Origin: a virus
Direction: 5' to 3' (one strand)
IMG/VR virus record: IMGVR_UViG_640753022_000005
Location: 874 to 64,873 of that record
DNA length: 64,000 nt
This document shows, in pieces, positions 29,081 to 37,130 of this stretch; position 1 is the stretch's first letter, and each line of letters starts with the position of its first letter. The translations under genes were made by a program, and so were the position numbers. The notes below the pieces were generated by a model. The model did no database searches. It was not told the origin of the DNA and saw only the letters and a program-made list of their open reading frames with translations.

Positions 29081-29093
29081 ATCTCTGTCTCAG

Positions 29094-29111
29094 AAAGGGG
29101 GCTTGCGCCCC
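29094..29111 (-). terminator. Weak terminator-like hairpin after the tail-tube gene
   Basis: GGGGC-GCAA-GCCCC followed by only CTTT. Confidence 0.45.
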
Positions 29112-29119
29112 GCTGTGTT

Positions 29120-29614
29120 TTAGCTGGAAGGTTCGGAGGTATCAGTAACCTGCACGGTGCTGGAGTCACCCACTTTGAACTCAGTGGAGAAGGTCACGAT
29201 GTCGTTAGTGCCGCCGTCAGAGCTGAGGGCAGTGATAACCATGTAACCCTGAAAGGTCACCGGGCCGTATTCCATGCGAACCCAGATACCAGGCTGACGC
29301 TTGGCCTTAAGCTCGCTAGCGAAGTACTTGATGAAACGACCGATGCCGTACTGGTCGAGCTTGTCGTTTTTACGCACCTCACCTTCAAAGCTGATGGTGA
29401 AGTCGGAGTTTGTGGTGATGCTCTCGACAAAGCCGCCGCCATCGTCAGCATCACTGGTCACGGTGTTCGGGCTGAAGTCGAACCCTTTTGACGTACCGGC
29501 GGCCAGCGCTTTCCATTCCGATTCAAGCGGCACCGTATCCGGGCAGCCGTCGGCAACTTCAAGCACAATAGCGCCACCGAACAAGCGTTCGTTGCTGGTT
29601 GGGCAATTAGCCAT
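29120..29614 (-). CDS. Major tail (tube) protein
   Basis: MANCPTSNERLFGGAIVLEVADG..AGTSKGFDFSP; start trimmed to 29614; ends VTDTSEPSS. Confidence 0.85.
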   Translation of the reverse strand: MANCPTSNERLFGGAIVLEVADGCPDTVPLESEWKALAAGTSKGFDFSPNTVTSDADDGGGFVESITTNSDFTISFEGEVRKNDKLDQYGIGRFIKYFASELKAKRQPGIWVRMEYGPVTFQGYMVITALSSDGGTNDIVTFSTEFKVGDSSTVQVTDTSEPSS

Positions 29615-29637
29615 GTTACTTCCTCTTTGACGTTTAA

Positions 29638-30021
29638 TTAATCGCCGTAGGTGGCGACGAATTGAAGCCGATAGACAAGGCGTCCATCGGTTGTAAGAAC
29701 TGGTGCGGGCATAGCGCCCATATTCTGGAGATAACCGACGCAATCATCGGTCATGGGGTTTTGCTGGACGTAATCGACTATCTGCTGCACGCGCTCATCG
29801 ACAAAAGCATTGCCACCTTTTGCGCCGATAACGTCGACCAGGATGTACTGCTCGTTGCCGAGGCCATTGCGAATATTGCTGCCGCCATTTGGACGAAACA
29901 CCATGAACCGATCAGATTCAGTGCCTGAGTCTGTCCACATCAGCAGTTGAACCTTAAAGCCATCCGTCAGGCCAGCATTCATGAAGTAGTTACGCACGCG
30001 CGTATGCATTGGCGGATTCAT
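29638..30021 (-). CDS. Tail terminator-like protein
   Basis: Size and position just upstream of the tail-tube gene. Confidence 0.55.
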   Translation of the reverse strand: MNPPMHTRVRNYFMNAGLTDGFKVQLLMWTDSGTESDRFMVFRPNGGSNIRNGLGNEQYILVDVIGAKGGNAFVDERVQQIVDYVQQNPMTDDCVGYLQNMGAMPAPVLTTDGRLVYRLQFVATYGD

Positions 30022-30386
30022 AGAGACAGCTCCTGCTTCATAACCCGGTCGATTTGCTCTCGGGTGTCCTCAAAGCCCTTGGTAAGGAACTCTTTGCGGG
30101 CAGTGGCGCGGCGGAAGGTTTGCGGAACATTCGGATCGTGAACGTAAACCGCATAGTTGGCCGAGTAGCCCACCCTTCCAGTTACCTTTGTGCCGTTGGC
30201 GTCAATCTCCCGGAACTGGCTGTTCAGAAGCGTTGATGTGTCGATTGGGGTGTATAACGCTGCCTGAGCGCCACCGATTAACAGCGCTGACTGCACGGCC
30301 CTGACGACCTTGCGCCCCTGCACGTCATTAATCAGCGCGTCCAGATTGGCTTTCGCCTGGGCAATGCCGCGAACTTTACCGGCCAT
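30018..30386 (-). CDS. HK97 gp10-like tail completion protein
   Basis: TPIDTSTLLNS..YAVYVH..KEFL motif. Confidence 0.7.
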   Translation of the reverse strand: MAGKVRGIAQAKANLDALINDVQGRKVVRAVQSALLIGGAQAALYTPIDTSTLLNSQFREIDANGTKVTGRVGYSANYAVYVHDPNVPQTFRRATARKEFLTKGFEDTREQIDRVMKQELSL

Positions 30387-30387
30387 A

Positions 30388-30738
30388 TCAGACTCCCGTT
30401 ATGATGGCGTAGTCGTCGGCAATCCGCTCGAAGGTGTCTTCATAGCGAAGCACCTGCTGAACCTCATCAGCTCCGGCTTCTTTCGGGTCAGCCAGGTCGG
30501 AAATGCCAATCAGCACATAGTCGCCAGTCTTAGCCAGTGCGTACTCAGTCCAGACTGTGTTTTTCGCAACGATTTCTGAACCAATACCGCCGATGCGCTT
30601 GCTCAGGCCGCCTTCATAGCCGCAGAGAATTTGCTCAGGCGCTGCATATCCCAGCGGGTCGCCGTAATAGTCCTGACCATCCAGCCTTCGCCATATTGTC
30701 GCTGTTGCGGTGTATGACCAGTTAGCTACTGAGCTCAT
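30388..30738 (-). CDS. Head closure / head-tail joining protein
   Basis: Size and position in the neck gene block. Confidence 0.55.
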   Translation of the reverse strand: MSSVANWSYTATATIWRRLDGQDYYGDPLGYAAPEQILCGYEGGLSKRIGGIGSEIVAKNTVWTEYALAKTGDYVLIGISDLADPKEAGADEVQQVLRYEDTFERIADDYAIITGV

Positions 30739-30806
30739 AGGTGGTAATCCTCATACTCCCACGGCTCCTCGTCAGGATTTTTAGGCTTCTGCTCTTTCTC
30801 ACACAT
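30735..30806 (-). CDS. 23-aa micro-ORF MCEKEQKPKNPDEEPWEYEDYHL
   Basis: GGAGG RBS; TGATG overlap with the upstream gene and ATGA overlap with the downstream gene. Confidence 0.55.
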   Translation of the reverse strand: MCEKEQKPKNPDEEPWEYEDYHL

Positions 30807-31186
30807 CAGCAACCTCCAACGACATCAAAGAAGCCAACACGACTACCCACGTCAATCGGCAGCGACGCCGTACATCCGCTCTTATCCAGTGACAGAAGAG
30901 CGTCACGCATCGAAAGCACATCGCCGGTATAGTCGAACGACCGCGACGCCCCTGAAGGCGCTGACTGCGATTTAATGCGCTGACTGTATGCCGTTAAGGC
31001 CATGAGAGAGACGGCATAGACCTGAATCAGCACGACGTCACATTCGTCGTAGCCAGACGCCTCCAGGCACTGCTCAATGCTGCTGAGCTTGCAGAGATAT
31101 GCGTCGATGATGAAATCAGGGATGGAGTAACCTAGGGATGACAGCTGCTGTTTAACCTGCGCTGCTGTGATTGGCGTGATAGCCAT
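30806..31186 (-). CDS. Head-tail connector / adaptor
   Basis: Position after capsid; RIKSQSAPSGASRSF motif. Confidence 0.6.
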   Translation of the reverse strand: MAITPITAAQVKQQLSSLGYSIPDFIIDAYLCKLSSIEQCLEASGYDECDVVLIQVYAVSLMALTAYSQRIKSQSAPSGASRSFDYTGDVLSMRDALLSLDKSGCTASLPIDVGSRVGFFDVVGGC

Positions 31187-31188
31187 GG

Positions 31189-31386
31189 TCACTCCTTATC
31201 TTTGGGTTTCCGTCCGCGCTTGGGCGTAGCGACTTCCAGCTGGCGCTCTTCCAGGTACTCAGCCAGCCCGGCATTAACCCAGCGTTCGGCGATTGAATCG
31301 GCAACCTCTACCTCAGAGCCAATCTCCAGCTTCTGGAAATTGGCACCGGCAAAAAGGTTTGATGAAATTACTTTTACCAGTGCCAT
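31189..31386 (-). CDS. Small head-associated hypothetical protein
   Basis: 65 aa, RBS, follows capsid gene. Confidence 0.6.
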   Translation of the reverse strand: MALVKVISSNLFAGANFQKLEIGSEVEVADSIAERWVNAGLAEYLEERQLEVATPKRGRKPKDKE

Positions 31387-31395
31387 ATCGCTTCC

Positions 31396-32481
31396 TTAGC
31401 TGGTCGCTTCGCCGGTGGCGTGAACCACGGAGTAGTGACCGTTGATGTCGGTTTTGACCATCAGGCCCATTGCGCCCCAGGTGCGCCAGATGTAGTCGCT
31501 GTTGTAGAACGGGCGCGGGTCGGCAACGGTGCCGATGGCCTGGCCTACAATCGGAGCAACTACGCCTGCCTGCAGCGGAACAATCAGGATTTCGTTACCC
31601 TGCAGCTTCGCGTCTTCTTTAATGGCCGCGATACCTGTCAGGGTCAGGAGCTCCTGCAGCACGGTGCGGGACTGGAAGTTGTCGCTGTAATACTGCTCCC
31701 AGTTGGAGACGATTTCAGAGGAAACGTACCAGGTCTGCTGGCCGTACTGGTAGTTTCCAAGCTTCAGCACATCGCGCAGACGGATTGCTTCGGCGCGCAT
31801 GGCTTTTGGATCGGTGCTGATCGCCATGTTTACGTTCAGTGTCACCTGAGCGACACGCTCATCGGCGCGGAAACCCTTCCAGGTCAGGCCGTCGAACTGC
31901 ACATAGTTGCCTGCAGCATCGCGGAAGCCATCCCACATGTAATCAACGTACTTACGCTGAACATCCTCTACAGAACCGCGCTGTGCATCAGCCTGAGACT
32001 GAAGCGCTGACGGGCTGTTGAAGATGGGATCGCGCCAGGTGAATTTAAAGCCGGAATCGTGGATCGGAACCATCGTGCCGTCGAATGTGTAGGTGCGCGC
32101 ATCGAGAGCGGCACCAATCTGACCCGACATGGAGGTGTGAGCCCAGCCACGGCCACCGGTGCGAGCGTAGTCGTAACGTGATTGCTCGATACGTACAGAG
32201 CGGGACAGCGGCATCAGGTCGTTCAGCAGAGTAAATTGCGTGTTCGGCTCGAACTGCTGCAGCACAGTAGTATCGAAAGCGCGATACAGGCGGCGGATAT
32301 CGTCTACTGCGTTAACAGCATCAAGACGACCGCTGTCTTCACGGATACCCTGAGCTCGCCCCAGAAAATCGGCGGCTGCCTGTGCAGTAGCATTACGTTC
32401 AGCCTGCAGCGCGCGGAATTGGGCCTGGTTTACTTCCAGGTTGCCTGTCTTCTCGCCAAGAGATGTGGAATATACAAACAT
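31396..32481 (-). CDS. Major capsid protein
   Basis: 361 aa after protease/scaffold and decoration genes; ends HATGEATS. Confidence 0.85.
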   Translation of the reverse strand: MFVYSTSLGEKTGNLEVNQAQFRALQAERNATAQAAADFLGRAQGIREDSGRLDAVNAVDDIRRLYRAFDTTVLQQFEPNTQFTLLNDLMPLSRSVRIEQSRYDYARTGGRGWAHTSMSGQIGAALDARTYTFDGTMVPIHDSGFKFTWRDPIFNSPSALQSQADAQRGSVEDVQRKYVDYMWDGFRDAAGNYVQFDGLTWKGFRADERVAQVTLNVNMAISTDPKAMRAEAIRLRDVLKLGNYQYGQQTWYVSSEIVSNWEQYYSDNFQSRTVLQELLTLTGIAAIKEDAKLQGNEILIVPLQAGVVAPIVGQAIGTVADPRPFYNSDYIWRTWGAMGLMVKTDINGHYSVVHATGEATS

Positions 32482-32493
32482 TAATCGGTCTCC

Positions 32494-32922
32494 TTACTTG
32501 ACCACTACGCGCAGCAGGTCGCCTGCAGCAACGGTTGTCGGTGTGTCTTCTTCCACGAACAGGACTGCGGATGCAGTGCCGCCGGAAGTGACGCGACCGT
32601 TAGAGATAGCCAGTGCCTGGCCTTTGTTATAGGTGCCGGCAGCAGCGCGGACGTTCAGGAACATGCCTGGCAGTAACTGGATGCCGACGACCAGCTCGTT
32701 AGCGGGGATGACATCATCGACGCCCATGCAGCGCAGATAGTCATAGTTCGCCACATACAGCACAGCGCTTTCGCCGCCGTTGGTGGATGCGGTGAATTTG
32801 CCGTTGGTGAATACGCCGATGGTGCCCGGCTGAGTCGCTGCGGCTGCACCGCCTTCGCGGTTCAGAAGCGGATTCGGAAATACGCCGCCCGCGTGAATTA
32901 CGTGTTTACCGTCTTTAGCCAT
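32494..32922 (-). CDS. Head decoration protein
   Basis: 142 aa Gly/Ala/Val-rich, between scaffold and capsid genes. Confidence 0.7.
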   Translation of the reverse strand: MAKDGKHVIHAGGVFPNPLLNREGGAAAATQPGTIGVFTNGKFTASTNGGESAVLYVANYDYLRCMGVDDVIPANELVVGIQLLPGMFLNVRAAAGTYNKGQALAISNGRVTSGGTASAVLFVEEDTPTTVAAGDLLRVVVK

Positions 32923-32927
32923 TTTTA

Positions 32928-34328
32928 TTACTCCGGCATCTCAGAGAAGGGTTTATCGGTGGAATGGTTGAATGCGCCGGACAGGCTGCGAGTGGTGGCG
33001 CACTGTGCGTACAGGCCATCCAGAGCCGCGCCATCGAGAGCGTTAACTGCCATGTCGTCGAGCTTGAACTTGGCTTTCACCGCTTCGCGCTTGGTCGCTT
33101 TTTCCTGGTCGGCGTTAGCGGTCAGGCCGGATTCGATAGAGCTCAGCTTGTCGGCAAACGGCTTAAACCATGCCGGTGCTTCTTCGCTATTGGTTGCTTT
33201 GTCTTTGGCCGCCTTTTCTTCAGCCTCTTTCTTCTCGCGAGCGGCCTTTTCTTCCGGCGTCTCACCTTTAGAAGCTGCTTTCTCAACAGCCATCTGGTTG
33301 AACGCATCCAGCAGCTCAGCTTCTGATTTGCCTTCTGTCGGCTTACCAGCGGCTTTCAGCGCATTGATAATCATGTCTTTCATCGGATCTCTTTCTCCGT
33401 TGGTTTTAATTTCGTACTCAGGTGGTTTGCGCACGACTTCTACAGGTTCGCCGACGAATTGAGCCTTGCCGTCATCGTCGATGAGGTACTTCTGTTTGAA
33501 ATATTTATCTGCATCCCGATAAACGAAGGAGTCCGGCCATACGCTTTCCGGCCATACCCAGTCATCGTCGTCACGCCCCTCACGGAGCTTGTCGCTAATC
33601 GCCCGCTGGATATCGTCGAATGAGAAATTGGATGCATTGGTAAAGAAGAATTTGGTCTTGTTAAGCAGCCCTTCCCTGGTGCAGTTCGATGCCTGCGCAA
33701 GGTCTGCGTTTTCTACGCTTACTTCCTGTTGGGAGTTATCTGCGTTAACGAAGATTCCCACACCTTCTTCAGGGGTTGCGGCTCCCGGCTCATCGAGAAG
33801 AATGGCTACGTGGTCGAACTGCATGTTGCGGGCGACCCATGAGTAGCTCTTACCCTTCGACTTGCCGCTGTTCTGCTCGCGGCGCAACAGGAGCCCGGTA
33901 GATACGTGAATCGGCGCGGCGTTTGAGTTGGTCTGCAACTCATCAAGCCGCTCGATAAGACGCTTGCCCTTCTCGCTCGACTGCGCGATGCGCTTGTTGA
34001 CCTTCATGTCCATAACGACGCGGTCGCCGTCTTTGCGGACGTTCTCAGCCCATGCGCCGACGTGAAACTGGTTAACTGCTCGCGGGTTGGTAGCGCTGAC
34101 GTGCTCGTTGCCAATCTTCGGATGCCCGAAAGGCATCGGGTTGCCTTCGAGCGTTTTAAAGCTCTTGTTAATCTCCTCGGCCGGATACAACCCGCCATTC
34201 ATGACAACGTCATCCACGACAGGCACGACGCCACGAATGACGATATGCTCGTCACCGTCGATGGTTTCAGTTGAGATGTTTGAAGAGTTGATGGCGAGGG
34301 ATTTCACGTGGATGCTGGATAGCTTCAC
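32928..34328 (-). CDS. DUF2213 prohead protease / scaffold
   Basis: VMNGGLYP, IHVSTGLL, FDHVAILLDEPGAA; charged C-terminal scaffold; GTG start with RBS at 34328. Confidence 0.85.
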   Translation of the reverse strand: MKLSSIHVKSLAINSSNISTETIDGDEHIVIRGVVPVVDDVVMNGGLYPAEEINKSFKTLEGNPMPFGHPKIGNEHVSATNPRAVNQFHVGAWAENVRKDGDRVVMDMKVNKRIAQSSEKGKRLIERLDELQTNSNAAPIHVSTGLLLRREQNSGKSKGKSYSWVARNMQFDHVAILLDEPGAATPEEGVGIFVNADNSQQEVSVENADLAQASNCTREGLLNKTKFFFTNASNFSFDDIQRAISDKLREGRDDDDWVWPESVWPDSFVYRDADKYFKQKYLIDDDGKAQFVGEPVEVVRKPPEYEIKTNGERDPMKDMIINALKAAGKPTEGKSEAELLDAFNQMAVEKAASKGETPEEKAAREKKEAEEKAAKDKATNSEEAPAWFKPFADKLSSIESGLTANADQEKATKREAVKAKFKLDDMAVNALDGAALDGLYAQCATTRSLSGAFNHSTDKPFSEMPE

Positions 34329-34379
34329 GGGGAGTCCTCTAAGTGATAACTTCAATGAAAACTAAAAAGGAGATTCAAA

Positions 34380-34727
34380 ATGATAAGGTTCACCGCAATG
34401 GCGATTACGGCACTAATATCCTTTGGAGCCCATGCTGACTATTACGGGGGTGAAGATTTAGCGAAATGGAGTGATGCGCTGATGCGCGCCAAGGCTAACA
34501 CAGCAGTAGAAACTGATTACGCTGACATTGGTAAGCTCAGAGGCCTGGCAATTGGAGTTCATGATATTTTTGAGGGCACTTTAGTTTGCTCACCTGACAA
34601 CGCAACTAACGGACAAATTGTCGATACCGTAGTTGTGTATGTCAGAAATCACCCAGAAAAAAGGACTGAGAACGCCTCCAGGTTGGCATATGAAGCTCTT
34701 TCTACCGCATATCCATGTAAAAAATAA
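34380..34727 (+). CDS. Rap1a/Tai-like exported immunity protein (antisense moron)
   Basis: Signal peptide (..GAHA/D); VCSPDNATNGQIVDTVVVYVRNHPE..LAYEALSTAYPC matches the Rap1a pattern. Confidence 0.7.
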   Translation: MIRFTAMAITALISFGAHADYYGGEDLAKWSDALMRAKANTAVETDYADIGKLRGLAIGVHDIFEGTLVCSPDNATNGQIVDTVVVYVRNHPEKRTENASRLAYEALSTAYPCKK

Positions 34728-34730
34728 TCG

Positions 34731-35717
34731 CTAAACCTGATTCCATTTATTGCGCTCTTTCGCCAACTTGTCAGCCAGACCTTCGTTAAATAGGGATCCG
34801 TCATCATTAAGTAATACGGGGATCTGGCTGCAATAGCAGTTGTACCGGTTTCCATTCTGAGCATAGAAAGCCTCCACTTCTTCCGTTGTGAAGGTCTTCC
34901 CGTGGCGCGCAGCGTGCCATGGCCTCGTCGTCGATTTCAGGGCTGATATCCACAACAGCGCAGTATTAAGCCCTAGCCTTTCTTTCGACCATTCTGCTTC
35001 TGACCACTGAGCCTGCCGTAAAGCTCCTACTTGTTCCGTCTGCGCTATCGTCTTTGCTCGGCTCATCGAAACATCGAGGCGCTTGCTAATCAGGCTCGCC
35101 GTCTCTCTTGGGTTAACGCCACGACCTATCGCGTCAGCTACGATGTTCGACAGGTCAGCACGAACGGCATCAGTAATTCCCCGCCATTCGCTGTAAGTGG
35201 AGATATAGGCCGCTGCCACCTGATTTTGATATGCCGGGCTGCTTAGCAACTGCTGAAGCGTTGTTGACTGCTCATAGACAGCCGATTGCGCTGACAGATT
35301 CGTGAAAGCCTGCAACGTGCCGCGCTGATACTCATCAGTAACGTACTGAAGCGCCCAAAGGTTGTTACTGCCACCTTCGAGAAGATAGTCGTCCAGAATC
35401 GTTTCTATGCGCACTAGCAGGTCAGACAGTTGCTGTGGCGACATATCGTAGATGAAGGTGCCAGCATTCACCTGGTAGAGCGTGTCCGGCTTACTGCCGT
35501 CTCTCGCCAGAATGTAACCGTAGAGAGAATTGCCACTACGCTCCCTGCCGACCAGATAAGCATCGAGCAACTGCTTCAGCGCCAGTTTTATCTGGTAATA
35601 GCGATTCTCGATATCCCGGAACATCCGGTTAACTTGTCGATAGGACTGCGTGGGGTCGGCTTTATTGCGCGGAATTATCGGGCTGCCCGGTCGTTGTCGG
35701 TTGTTCAATTGGGTCAC
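34731..35717 (-). CDS. Head morphogenesis protein (SPP1 gp7 / Mu F-like)
   Basis: RAKTIAQTE, TTRPWHAARHG, NCYCSQIPV. Confidence 0.85.
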   Translation of the reverse strand: MTQLNNRQRPGSPIIPRNKADPTQSYRQVNRMFRDIENRYYQIKLALKQLLDAYLVGRERSGNSLYGYILARDGSKPDTLYQVNAGTFIYDMSPQQLSDLLVRIETILDDYLLEGGSNNLWALQYVTDEYQRGTLQAFTNLSAQSAVYEQSTTLQQLLSSPAYQNQVAAAYISTYSEWRGITDAVRADLSNIVADAIGRGVNPRETASLISKRLDVSMSRAKTIAQTEQVGALRQAQWSEAEWSKERLGLNTALLWISALKSTTRPWHAARHGKTFTTEEVEAFYAQNGNRYNCYCSQIPVLLNDDGSLFNEGLADKLAKERNKWNQV

Positions 35718-37119
35718 CTGTCAGCGGGTCTGTCGTTGCGGCTCCGGCAGGCTCTTCTGGCTCACTGATTGGCTCAAGCTCGCCCACAGCACGGATTTCA
35801 TTCTCAGTAATCGCTGGAGTGCCGTATGCCTGCTGGGTGTCTTTGGCCACGGCTGCCATCGCCTGCATATTTGCGATCTTCTCTTTCTCACTCGGCGCGA
35901 GTAGGTCAGACCATGCGAGGGTAACCTCGCCAGATTTCGGCGGGTCGATGACGCCAATCTGCCAGAAGCGCTCAATGACGCGGGTGATGAAGTCAGACAT
36001 GAAACCCCATCGGCGACCATTGCAGCGCTTAGCCCAATCAGTTTTGTCCTCATCTGAAGCAAGACGCCCGGTCTGCTGGCCAAAGAGAATGGTGAACGGA
36101 CACTGAATCGTTGCGGAGAACTCGTTAGCTGCGACCGTCCATGTAGGTGTCGGGTCGGCCGCTGCGACTGACAGCACTGACGGCGCGCCAGCCTGCATGA
36201 CCAGTGCCGAATCGGTGCCCTGGTTCATCCTCGCAATCTTGTCATTCAACGCTTCGCCGAGGTCTTTAAATCCAGCTTCGACAGCGGCCTGCTTCAGCGA
36301 CGCCATGTCCGTTTCTTTGTCGAACGCGATGCCAAGCTGGCGACTGGCGTTCTTCAGGAATCCCTCAGCGCTACCACCGGACGTTTTCTCGATGTCGAGA
36401 AGCTTGTTGTAACCGGCGCGCAACAGCGGGATGCCGGAGAGCATATTCTCGTCTTCTGCGCCTTCGCACAGGATGATGACGCGGCTCGGGTGAACCTGAA
36501 CACTGCGCACAGGCCCATAAGTTCCGTCATCGCCGACTGGTTGCTCATTGAAGTTGTACATCACGGGCTGGCCGTAGTTTTCCGACATCATGTCGGTTTC
36601 GAAATTGCCTGGTTTAATCTGCGCTTCCCATGCAGGGATAAGCTTAACAATTGCCTTCAGGCGTTCGGTGCCGAGAGACCTGATGTAGTCGGCGTTGATC
36701 GGGTCTTTCCATTCGCGGCCATCCTTAACCTGAATTAACAGAGCCGAGTAGCGCCCCACGAGGTTGCGGCGGTCGGCATCTTTCAGCTTCGACCAGTGGC
36801 GCTTGAGAAGCTTCTGAACCGTGCGCTCCCATTCCGTGGTCTCGCCAGATTCATCCTTCTCTTCGCCGTCGATGATGGTCGGATTATCGACCCAGCAGGA
36901 TTCCAGAAGCTTATGCACCGCCGCATGAGCAACGGCATTACGCTCATAAGCGCGATAGTACTGGTCAAAACCTACCTCGCTCGGGTATCCGAACTCATCC
37001 CACAGCTTGGTGCGCTTGGTGTTGCCGTTCTGTCCATTGGCGTACAGCATTCGTTGCCGCCCTATCGCATCAGCAAGGGCGTTCACGAGGAATGAAACCT
37101 CGCCTTGTTGTTCACTCAC
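35662..37119 (-). CDS. Portal protein (DUF1073-type)
   Basis: Directly after terL; 485 aa; followed by the gp7-like gene. Confidence 0.8.
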   Translation of the reverse strand: MSEQQGEVSFLVNALADAIGRQRMLYANGQNGNTKRTKLWDEFGYPSEVGFDQYYRAYERNAVAHAAVHKLLESCWVDNPTIIDGEEKDESGETTEWERTVQKLLKRHWSKLKDADRRNLVGRYSALLIQVKDGREWKDPINADYIRSLGTERLKAIVKLIPAWEAQIKPGNFETDMMSENYGQPVMYNFNEQPVGDDGTYGPVRSVQVHPSRVIILCEGAEDENMLSGIPLLRAGYNKLLDIEKTSGGSAEGFLKNASRQLGIAFDKETDMASLKQAAVEAGFKDLGEALNDKIARMNQGTDSALVMQAGAPSVLSVAAADPTPTWTVAANEFSATIQCPFTILFGQQTGRLASDEDKTDWAKRCNGRRWGFMSDFITRVIERFWQIGVIDPPKSGEVTLAWSDLLAPSEKEKIANMQAMAAVAKDTQQAYGTPAITENEIRAVGELEPISEPEEPAGAATTDPLTGDPIEQPTTTGQPDNSAQ

Positions 37120-37130
37120 TGATGAACTCC

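Noticed and set aside
30741-30932. 63-aa plus-strand ORF as a moron
   Set aside because: Antisense to the connector gene and the coupled 23-aa micro-ORF; no RBS
35662-37119. Anti-CBASS Acb1 label sometimes attached to DUF1073 proteins
   Set aside because: Size and position between terL and the gp7-like gene indicate portal; no clear paired HxT/S phosphoesterase motifs seen
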